A DNA stretch of 51,802 nucleotides from assembly GCA_045638465.1 (NCBI GenBank), contig JAZUBK010000056.1:1-51802 (forward strand). Reading direction: 5' to 3'. Made by a program: the position numbers and the translations under genes. Below, one piece after another: positions 44,364 through 51,802 of this stretch (its first letter is position 1; each line of letters begins with the position of its first letter). Source of the stretch: Clostridia bacterium (lineage in GTDB: Bacteria > Bacillota > Clostridia > Christensenellales > UBA1242). A model generated the notes under the pieces. It was not told the origin of the DNA and did not search any database. It saw only the letters and a list, made by a program, of their open reading frames with translations.

Positions 44364-45699
44364 ATTGCTTTATTTCTTTAAATGTAACTGAGTATGCTAT
44401 AGCAGTGGTTTCGTCTACTTTTACCTTGTCGCTTATTTCCACACCCAAGATACAGTAGATTTCGTTATCTTTTGCAAGTACTGGCAAACTATCTCTTAGT
44501 CTTGCAGGGATTTTTTTGTCTATCATATATGTACGTAGAGGTTTTGTTCCGCCGCCAAACTTTTCGAATCTATCACCTTTTTGTCTTACTCTCCAAGCTG
44601 CCCCACTTGGAATCTTTTTAGTATCCATAAGTTGAATGCCAGGTCTTAGCATAAACATCTTAGTTCTTTTTGTTTCTATTTCGTATTGACCTGCAAAATT
44701 GATTTTTCCTACCTTTATCGGGAACTCATCTGTAATAACCTTTTTTACTTTACGAGTAAGTGTTATATACTCATATTCTTTAATTGCGGTTACGTTATGT
44801 GGAAGGTCAATCTTTTTGCCATTTTCACCGTTTGCTAGTTCAATAATTAATTTGATATGCTTTCTCTCTATGTCGCTTACAACACCTAGTGAACTTAGTG
44901 CTTTGATAATCATACGGCTAGTTAAACTTTGAGAATAGATGAAGTAGTTTAGAGGTAGTCTTACTATATTATTATCTGATATGATTGCGTCAAAGTTTGC
45001 TTGTTTTGAAATAAACTCATCATCTTCTTTACATGCTTTGCCAAAGTTAACTAAGTTTTGGTCGACAGCTGGAAATTTTTTGCGAAGTAAAGGCATAATT
45101 TTGTTACGAATATAATTACGGCTAAATGTTGAATCTGCATTAGTCTCATCTTCTACATTTTCAACTCCGTTTTCGTATAGGTATTTTACAATTTCATCTT
45201 TTGAAACATTTAAGAAAGGTCTTATATATACGCCATCTCTTACTAGTTCCATTCCTGCAGCTCCAACAAGACCTGCACCTCTTAAAATGTGCAATAGTAT
45301 TGTTTCGGCTTGGTCGCCCATATGGTGAGCTAAAGCTATTTTGTCAACGATGCCTTTTTTGATCAAAGCCTCAAAAACGCCATACCTTGCTTCTCTTGCT
45401 GCTTGTTCTATTCCAAGGTTTTTTTCTTTGGCAATCTTGTTTGAGTCTACTTTAAACTTGTGGCATCTAATTCTATTTTCTCTACAATAATTCATTACAA
45501 ATTCGCAGTCACTATCGCCATTGGCTCTTAGGCCGTGGTCTACAGTAATTGCAACAAGGTCTATATCCAAATCTTCCTTGATACTATTTAGGTAATGAAG
45601 AAGTGCCATTGAATCTTCACCCCCAGAGACACCAACACCTATTGTTTCACCTCTGAGCATCAATTTGTTCTTTCTTATAATTTCAAAAACTTTTTCCAC
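44362..45699 (-). CDS. tilS: tRNA(Ile)-lysidine synthase
   Basis: The PP-loop is GVSGGEDS. The start is GTG with a GGAGAG RBS. The protein is 445 aa and has the TilS C-terminal domain. Confidence 0.9.
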   Translation of the reverse strand: MEKVFEIIRKNKLMLRGETIGVGVSGGEDSMALLHYLNSIKEDLDIDLVAITVDHGLRANGDSDCEFVMNYCRENRIRCHKFKVDSNKIAKEKNLGIEQAAREARYGVFEALIKKGIVDKIALAHHMGDQAETILLHILRGAGLVGAAGMELVRDGVYIRPFLNVSKDEIVKYLYENGVENVEDETNADSTFSRNYIRNKIMPLLRKKFPAVDQNLVNFGKACKEDDEFISKQANFDAIISDNNIVRLPLNYFIYSQSLTSRMIIKALSSLGVVSDIERKHIKLIIELANGENGKKIDLPHNVTAIKEYEYITLTRKVKKVITDEFPIKVGKINFAGQYEIETKRTKMFMLRPGIQLMDTKKIPSGAAWRVRQKGDRFEKFGGGTKPLRTYMIDKKIPARLRDSLPVLAKDNEIYCILGVEISDKVKVDETTAIAYSVTFKEIKQ

Positions 45700-45781
45700 T
45701 TGAATCTCTCCAACTAAAATTTTCTTACAATTATAAGTATACTCTATTGAGGCTTTTTTTTCAATACCTAATATTTATTTT

Positions 45782-48061
45782 TTATATGTTTTTAAAAATT
45801 TTTCCAACTAGCACTGTCATGTCGTCAATGGGCACACCACCACACGATTTTTTTGCCTTATCCAATATGTTATCTGCAAGGTCCTGAGGAGACAATGTTT
45901 GGTTTTCTAAAATAAATTTTTCTAAACTTTCTCTGCCAAAACTATCTGTTATCCCGTCGCTAGTCAAAATAACCATATCGCCACAACAAAGACTGGTTTT
46001 TGTTATCTTGGGGCTTATCTCGTCTAAAACTCCCACAGGCAAAGCACCACTTTCGATAACGGTTATAGTATCGCTATGCCTTATAAAGCTATCTGTTGCA
46101 CCAAGTTTAACAAAATCTACAATACTACTATTTAGGTCTATACTACAAATATCAATTGTGGAAAAGTCTTCTCCTCCAGAAAGAGATAATAATTTATTTA
46201 CCGAACTTAAAATAATTTCGCTATCAAAGTCCGCCCTATAAAAATTTTCTATAAGAGAAGTTGCCTTTTCGGATATTTCTTGAGCTTTTGGCCCCGACCC
46301 CATACCATCACAAATAGCCATTAAAAATTTATTATTGCCAAACTTTAGTATGCTATAGTTGTCTCCGCAATCATTTGCATTATTTTTTGAGGCTTTTGCA
46401 ACCCCAAAAACAATATCATACTTCGGGGCGCTTTGCAGACTAACAACTGCAAGTCCAGAAACTAAAGCGCTACTAGTGTCTGAAATTATAAGTTTTTGGT
46501 GACAGGCTTTTTCTATAGATGGCAAAAGTTTGTCGTTATCTAAATCTTGATTTCTTACAACAATTCCTACGCGATAATTATTTTTGTCTTTTTCATATAC
46601 TGACGCTTCGCTACATACGATATCGTTATAGGTTAATTCTTCTATTATTTCCACTTCTTTTTTATTATCAAAGACTAATTTTTCACTGGCCTTTTGTGCA
46701 AGGTCATACAAAAGTTTTGATAAACCACGCAGTTGCTCCGCTATCAAAATCTTGCTGTTATCCTCAAGAGTTTGCGTTTGAGAGTTTTTCTTGAATTTGT
46801 TGATTATACCATTAACCATAGGCAACATGATATTTATTCTATTACACTTTCCTGTTAAAAAGGCTGGAAGTTCCAGGAGTGTGATTTTTCCTTTTTCAAA
46901 ACCATTGTCAGCCAGTTCGCTAAGCACTTTTTTCATATCCTCTCCACATCTTCTGTGGCACTCAAAGTAGTTATCACAATCTTTGCAACAATCATTTATA
47001 AGTTCGCTTACAAACATTTCTTTGCTTTCTTGCAAAGGAAGTGCCCCTCGAACCAATTTTCTAAAACCAATATCCATATCAAAAAAGACTTCTGACAGTT
47101 CAAAAAGTTTGTGCGAAATGTCAATGTTATTTTGGTTAATGAGATTTTTATATGCCATTTTTGTAGAGGGCTTAGAAATATTCACTATTACATAATCAAA
47201 CAACTTTTTTGGAAGAAGCATAAATACCGCCCCCGCCACGACAACGGCAAGAGCACTATATAAGTGATATTCTACAAAAACCTCAAAGTAAAGCCCGAAA
47301 ACAACATCTACCGCAACACATGATAAGGCAGAAAAAAGCCTAACTTCGCTTTTGAAAAGTTTAATAAGAATTGCCATTACCGAAAACATAGCTATATAAC
47401 TTATTCCACTACCTGCAAGTGTTGTGCCTATACCAAAGATCGTTCCTAAACATAACGCCAAACTATCTAGTTCGCAATAACAACAAATAAGCAAAAGTAA
47501 ACTTCCCAAAAACCTAACAAAATCTATATACGGAATATTGACTTGATAAAGCCCACAAAAACAACCAATAATTATAATAAGCCCACAAGCTATTTCGTCA
47601 AGGTTTAGTTTGAGATACATTTTGCGTCTAAAAAAAGCAGATAAAAACACAAAACTCGCAACAAATACCCCGCAAGATAATAAACAAAAAATAAGACTAC
47701 TAGGCACATTATCCCTGCCAAATACAAAAAAGACTTTTGGCAAACACCCCACCAAAAAGTAAAAACTAAATAAAGCTACAGTGGTGATTTTTAGTTTATC
47801 ATTTATTATTTTTCCTATCACCATAACTGATGCAAACAGAAGCGAAGATATAGTTATCTTAAATGATAGGGTCACAAAGCCTTCTACTATAGTAAATATA
47901 ATAGCAATAATCAAACTGTCTGGGCATAGAGCAATCAAACTACCCGAAAACCCTAACGAAAATATCCTAAGGCCGTTTTTTATACTCGCTATAGACAAAA
48001 GGTAAAACACAAAAGCCAATAATATATATTTTAATAAATTTTTTCCAAAACTTTTAACCAT
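45782..48061 (-). CDS. spoIIE: Stage II sporulation protein E (polytopic membrane domain plus PP2C phosphatase)
   Basis: About 10 N-terminal TM helices and a central regulatory region are followed by a C-terminal PP2C domain (AICDGMGSGPKA...TSDGITD). The start was moved to ATG 48061, after AAGGAG. Confidence 0.85.
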   Translation of the reverse strand: MVKSFGKNLLKYILLAFVFYLLSIASIKNGLRIFSLGFSGSLIALCPDSLIIAIIFTIVEGFVTLSFKITISSLLFASVMVIGKIINDKLKITTVALFSFYFLVGCLPKVFFVFGRDNVPSSLIFCLLSCGVFVASFVFLSAFFRRKMYLKLNLDEIACGLIIIIGCFCGLYQVNIPYIDFVRFLGSLLLLICCYCELDSLALCLGTIFGIGTTLAGSGISYIAMFSVMAILIKLFKSEVRLFSALSCVAVDVVFGLYFEVFVEYHLYSALAVVVAGAVFMLLPKKLFDYVIVNISKPSTKMAYKNLINQNNIDISHKLFELSEVFFDMDIGFRKLVRGALPLQESKEMFVSELINDCCKDCDNYFECHRRCGEDMKKVLSELADNGFEKGKITLLELPAFLTGKCNRINIMLPMVNGIINKFKKNSQTQTLEDNSKILIAEQLRGLSKLLYDLAQKASEKLVFDNKKEVEIIEELTYNDIVCSEASVYEKDKNNYRVGIVVRNQDLDNDKLLPSIEKACHQKLIISDTSSALVSGLAVVSLQSAPKYDIVFGVAKASKNNANDCGDNYSILKFGNNKFLMAICDGMGSGPKAQEISEKATSLIENFYRADFDSEIILSSVNKLLSLSGGEDFSTIDICSIDLNSSIVDFVKLGATDSFIRHSDTITVIESGALPVGVLDEISPKITKTSLCCGDMVILTSDGITDSFGRESLEKFILENQTLSPQDLADNILDKAKKSCGGVPIDDMTVLVGKIFKNI

Positions 48062-48112
48062 ATTTTTCTCCTTGCCACATTTGGAGATATTATATCGCAA
48101 GGATAATAAAAC

Positions 48113-48148
48113 AAAAAAAACTACAAAAAAGTAATTTTGTAGTTTTTT
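48113..48148 (-). terminator. Rho-independent terminator
   Basis: The stem AACTACAAAA/TTTTGTAGTT (48119-48128 and 48135-48144) is flanked by A- and T-runs. Confidence 0.8.
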
Positions 48149-48171
48149 ATCTTATTATTGATTTATTTAGA

Positions 48172-49305
48172 TTATTTTTTGGTTTCTAGTACAGCCTTAG
48201 CTCTCCAGCCCAAAACTCCACACGCAACCATGCCGATACCAAACTGAACTAGAAAACTTGGAATAAGAAGATATGGCAAGTATAATACCGGTCTAAAGGT
48301 TAAAATGTAAAAATCTCTATTTATCATACCTCTAAATTGGTAACTATCCATATTGATTTGATTGCAGAAGGTTTTGAAAATAGGAACAAACACCAAAGGA
48401 AAGGTAATTCCCATAATACTGCTGATGATAAATAGCCCCACCGCAGATCTTATAGTCATAATAAGTATTATGCTGACAAAATATAAACCACAATAGATGA
48501 GTACAGATAGGTATGGTTTTCCTTTGCTGTAGATATACTTAGATAAAATGTTAGCAAGTATTTTTCCGACCTCTACCAAAGCCATAACTATAACAACTGA
48601 ACTAAAAGATAAATTATTTATATACAAAAAAATTGGCAAGATTATATCTAGGGTTGATTGATACACCCCAAAGCAAAAATGCATAAGGTTATATTTTCTA
48701 TATAACTTTTTGTCTATCTCAAATGGTTTTGCAATGATTTCACCATAGGCACTCTTTATTAGTTTATATCCAAACAAAATCGGAACGACTGCAAGACAAT
48801 ACATTACACTACCTGCAATAGCCAAAACAATAAGATTGTCTAGTGTATCTCCTAGCAAAAAGCCACTGATTAAAATAAAGGCAAGTTTTCCAACATTGGC
48901 TGCTATTTCAAATTTTGCAACATTGGTACTTTTGTCAGTAAAGGCAAACAAAAGGTTTACGGGTACTGAATATAAAACTTGGTTAAGTGCATTTAGCACC
49001 GCAAGTAAAACTATCACATACCATACCATTGGGCAAAAACTAAGAACAAATTGTATTGCTATAATAGGTATCATACTAAGAAAGATTGCAACGACACCAT
49101 ATCTTTGCAAAAACCTACGAAGTAATATATTCAAAACGCCTGACAAAAAATAGTGCAAACAACAAAACAATATAACAAAGTACATATTTTTTGATGCCCT
49201 ATAAACAATAAGTGGTATAAAAACTTTTACTATACTATCGCCTATGGCTTTGAGTAATTTGTGCAGAAATAAAAAGTTTGTTCTGTCTTTAGTAACGCTT
49301 TCCAT
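48172..49305 (-). CDS. Polytopic membrane protein, MFS-transporter-like (377 aa)
   Basis: The protein has 10-12 predicted hydrophobic helices in two halves separated by a basic loop. No diagnostic motif was read. Confidence 0.5.
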   Translation of the reverse strand: MESVTKDRTNFLFLHKLLKAIGDSIVKVFIPLIVYRASKNMYFVILFCCLHYFLSGVLNILLRRFLQRYGVVAIFLSMIPIIAIQFVLSFCPMVWYVIVLLAVLNALNQVLYSVPVNLLFAFTDKSTNVAKFEIAANVGKLAFILISGFLLGDTLDNLIVLAIAGSVMYCLAVVPILFGYKLIKSAYGEIIAKPFEIDKKLYRKYNLMHFCFGVYQSTLDIILPIFLYINNLSFSSVVIVMALVEVGKILANILSKYIYSKGKPYLSVLIYCGLYFVSIILIMTIRSAVGLFIISSIMGITFPLVFVPIFKTFCNQINMDSYQFRGMINRDFYILTFRPVLYLPYLLIPSFLVQFGIGMVACGVLGWRAKAVLETKK

Positions 49306-49323
49306 AAAAAAGTCCTTTTAGAT

Positions 49324-49353
49324 AAAAAACTAACTTCTTTAAAAGTTAGTTTT
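49324..49353 (-). terminator. Rho-independent terminator
   Basis: The stem AACTAACTT/AAGTTAGTT (49328-49336 and 49343-49351). Confidence 0.75.
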
Positions 49354-49364
49354 AATTTTTATTA

Positions 49365-49793
49365 TTAATCTTTTATTTTTCGGAAAATAAATTCTGTTAT
49401 TCCAGTATCTCCATCTGGAAAACTCAACCATAATCTTCCTTCAGCCAAAACAACCTCTCCGTAAGGATTGTTTATTGAAAGCTCACCCTCATATTGTTGA
49501 AAGGTAATCATAAATTCTTTTGATGATTCAGCTGACTTTGTCCCCCATGAACCATAATATGGTGTTGTTCCATTTTCTAAATAATAAGAAAGAGAACCAC
49601 TAGAACTACCTTCTACTGCAGGTTCATGAAATTCAATACGGCTGATATCAATATATCCACCCTCTTCAGTAATCTCCCATACGCCAATTAAGTTGTTTGG
49701 GTCTACATTGTATCCACCTGCACAACCTGTAAAAGCAAGTGGCGATAGTAACATACAAATTGTAAGTGCTATAGAATAAATAATCTTTTTCAT
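49365..49793 (-). CDS. Small lipoprotein (142 aa)
   Basis: The start was moved to ATG 49793 (AGGAG RBS). The signal peptide with lipobox reads MKKIIYSIALTICMLLSPLAFTGC. Confidence 0.7.
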   Translation of the reverse strand: MKKIIYSIALTICMLLSPLAFTGCAGGYNVDPNNLIGVWEITEEGGYIDISRIEFHEPAVEGSSSGSLSYYLENGTTPYYGSWGTKSAESSKEFMITFQQYEGELSINNPYGEVVLAEGRLWLSFPDGDTGITEFIFRKIKD

Positions 49794-49916
49794 AAAAACT
49801 CTCCTAAAAATATAATATAACAAAAATAAAAAAACACCAAATAAAAAACATAAACTTTCTTTGGTTGTAAAAAATAAAAGTCTTTGGTATACTACCACAA
49901 AAGGAGTTTTTATTAT

Positions 49917-50687
49917 ATGGAATTTTTTGATGATATAAGCCTAAAAGATTTTCAAGATATGCACATGCTTCTTGGCTGGAAGTATCTTGACAATGACGTT
50001 GTACAAAAATCTCTTGACAACTCAATGTTTAAAGTAACAGTAAAAGAAGATAATAAGTGTGTTGGTATTGCAAGAATAATTGGCGACAACGCAACACACG
50101 GATTGCTTTGTGATGTTATGGTTTCGCCAAAATATCAAGGCCAAGGCATTGGAACAAAAATGATAAAATACCTAAACTCAAAAGTCCAAGATTTTGTCAA
50201 CGACGGCAGAGATGAGTTTTTGGTGGAACTTTTGCCAACCACTGGAAGAGAACCTTTTTATGTCAAATGTGGATACAAACACAAACCCGAAAATATGGCA
50301 GGAGTTTATAAGTGGTTTAAAAATAACAACCTATATACAGACGATAGCAAGAAGCATTTGCTTAGACTAAATGACGGGCCTTTTGCATCTATGGAGGCTG
50401 GAACAAAAACTATAGAGATGCGACTTTTGGACGAAAAAAGAAAGAGCATAAAACCTGGTGATATTATTATTTTTATCAATCGCACAAATGAAGATAAAAG
50501 ACTAAAAGCAAAGGTTATCGCACTTCACCCATTTGATAGTTTTAAGAGTTTGTACAAAGCTTTTGACAAAGTAAAATTGGGCTACAAAGAAGACGAAATA
50601 GCAAAGCCAGAAGATATGGAAATGTACTACCCAAAAGAAGAGATAGAGAGCTTTGGCGTGGTTGGAATAGAGATAAAATTGATGTAA
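49917..50687 (+). CDS. GNAT N-acetyltransferase fused to a C-terminal ASCH domain
   Basis: The start was moved to ATG 49917 (AAGGAG RBS). GNAT motif A is QGQGIGTKMIKYL. The C-terminal half, LNDGPFASMEAGTKTIEMRLLDEKRKSIKPGDIIIF...FGVVGIEI, has the ASCH pattern. Confidence 0.7.
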   Translation: MEFFDDISLKDFQDMHMLLGWKYLDNDVVQKSLDNSMFKVTVKEDNKCVGIARIIGDNATHGLLCDVMVSPKYQGQGIGTKMIKYLNSKVQDFVNDGRDEFLVELLPTTGREPFYVKCGYKHKPENMAGVYKWFKNNNLYTDDSKKHLLRLNDGPFASMEAGTKTIEMRLLDEKRKSIKPGDIIIFINRTNEDKRLKAKVIALHPFDSFKSLYKAFDKVKLGYKEDEIAKPEDMEMYYPKEEIESFGVVGIEIKLM

Positions 50688-50715
50688 GCTTTTTGTGTGA
50701 TAAAGTTTTGATTAT

Positions 50716-50768
50716 TATACGCCGCAAAAGACGTATAAAGCCACCGCCCGAACGTTCGGTCTTATACC
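50716..50768. other. GC-rich nested-palindrome element in the 3' UTR/intergenic region
   Basis: TATACG (50716-50721) pairs with CGTATA (50732-50737). CCGAACGTTCGG (50748-50759) is a perfect 12-nt palindrome. It is enclosed by GTATAAG-like and CTTATAC arms (50733-50740 and 50761-50767). Confidence 0.5.
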
Positions 50769-50824
50769 TATAACCCGCTAAATAAAGGCAAATTATGGCA
50801 TTTTGATTTTTTAACTTTTTAAAA

Positions 50825-50866
50825 TAAAAAATAACTGCTCAAGATTCGTTAGCAGTTATTTTTTTG
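50825..50866. terminator. Bidirectional Rho-independent terminator
   Basis: The stem ATAACTGCT/AGCAGTTAT (50831-50839 and 50851-50859) is flanked by an A-run and a T8 run. Confidence 0.75.
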
Positions 50867-50945
50867 TTATAAATTTTCTTTTATTTCTACTTTTCCGATC
50901 AATAGGTCGGTAAGTATAATTGACTTTTGCAAAGGTGAAGATTTT

Positions 50946-51802
50946 TTATTTTGTAAAGTTTATTTTGTCACACATAAACTCACACCAGTCGCCTATACTC
51001 ACCCATATTTCACCATTTTCAAATTGTGAAATTTCAAAGTTTTCGGCATCTAGTTTTATATCATCTTCGTGTTCAAAGGACAAATATTTTGCATTTAAAA
51101 ACTCTAGGCGAAGTTCTTTGCGAGATAGTTTGCCACCGACAATTTTTAGTTTGGCAGAGATTTCGTATCTGCCATTTTCTAACGAATAGCCTTGGTAAAA
51201 ATATGTTGGAATAACTTTTAAAATCTCATTTGTTTCAAACGGAAAATCTTTAATAATCTCCTTGTAGTTGTTGTCAATTCTGCAAGGAGCGGTAGATGAC
51301 TCACCAAAATAGAACTTATAAAAATCATCATCATGATCAACAGACGGACAGTTTGAAAAATCAATAAGATTTAGGTACCTACCTTCAAATGGTTTGCAAG
51401 GAATATAACACTCTTCGATATCACCATTTTTGTAATATAGATAAATAAGTTCTATGTCTCCTATATTTACATCTTGGCTGTCGCCAAAAGTTTCTGATTT
51501 TTTGCAAGGGTCTTTGGCTAGTTCTTCTTCGTTTGCTTTAATTTGTTTTACAGAGTCTTTCTTTAAAGTAAGGTGTCCGTCTTCTACAAAACAAGTGTTG
51601 TTTGGAACAAGAGCAGTAGCTGTATTATTTACTAGTTTCAATATATCTTTTTGCTCAACATCATATACTTGATATTTTTTCTCATCACCTGGCATCTGAG
51701 GTGCGTGAGCTTTGATGCTAAGCTCCTCTATTGAGTCAGCATCAAAATCATATGACCTAGAACAATAAAAACATACTTTTATTTTTTGTAAATTTTCTAA
51801 AT
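50946..51802 (-). CDS. Hypothetical protein, 5'-partial (reading frame stays open to the right window edge)
   Basis: The track starts this ORF at ATG 51695, but the 35 codons upstream are also stop-free (LENLQKIKVCFYCSRSYDFDADSIEELSIKAHAPQ). The true start may therefore lie outside the window. No family was recognised. Confidence 0.55.
   Translation of the reverse strand, partial: LENLQKIKVCFYCSRSYDFDADSIEELSIKAHAPQMPGDEKKYQVYDVEQKDILKLVNNTATALVPNNTCFVEDGHLTLKKDSVKQIKANEEELAKDPCKKSETFGDSQDVNIGDIELIYLYYKNGDIEECYIPCKPFEGRYLNLIDFSNCPSVDHDDDFYKFYFGESSTAPCRIDNNYKEIIKDFPFETNEILKVIPTYFYQGYSLENGRYEISAKLKIVGGKLSRKELRLEFLNAKYLSFEHEDDIKLDAENFEISQFENGEIWVSIGDWCEFMCDKINFTK

Noticed and set aside
1-51802. 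Searched for CRISPR arrays, tRNA/rRNA genes, transposases, integrases, phage or toxin-antitoxin modules, and known defence genes.
   Set aside because: I saw no regularly spaced direct repeats, no tRNA-like T-arm or acceptor signatures, and no ORF with recombinase, nuclease or RT motifs. Apart from the orphan genes flagged above, the window looks like core chromosome.

Overview
This is a low-GC, Firmicutes/Clostridia-like chromosomal segment that is mostly core housekeeping. All family calls come from hand-read motifs; no database search was run.

Gene content, left to right:
- **Giant surface protein (1-9786, minus).** One ORF of at least 3262 codons fills the first 9.8 kb. The ORF track omits it because it runs off the left edge. 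It has a signal anchor, about 23 Listeria-Bacteroides-type repeats, then a GGAIY/GGGIY beta-helix repeat region.
- **Replication, RNA and lipid genes.** recR-ybaB-dnaX, the mrnC-rlmB-sigH operon, a dgkB-like lipid kinase with an LtaS-family synthase, and cwlD.
- **tsaD region.** tsaD is flanked by three orphan acidic proteins.
- **Metabolic genes.** dCMP deaminase, a hydCBA electron-bifurcating-type [FeFe] hydrogenase operon, a lipoprotein, ddh-dapB/dapA, and an ABC exporter.
- **Envelope and maintenance genes.** Two DUF308 paralogs, VanW/G5, rmuC, cca, hpt, a hydrolase, an acyltransferase, tilS, spoIIE, a membrane protein, a lipoprotein, a GNAT-ASCH fusion, and a second edge-truncated ORF.

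I saw no rRNA, tRNA, CRISPR array, transposase or integrase. I could not identify a self-contained new multi-gene system such as a defence island.

Best leads:
1. dnaX is split at an A9 run. The short product is in the zero frame and the tau-type C-terminus is in the -1 frame.
2. Two dense DnaA-box clusters lie far from any dnaA gene, one directly downstream of tsaD.
3. A tandem pair of highly diverged orphan paralogs carries a nearly identical promoter and leader.
4. Four genes have a (TGn)TATAAT box 6-9 nt upstream of the ATG and no Shine-Dalgarno, suggesting leaderless mRNAs.
5. The giant adhesin-like gene itself.
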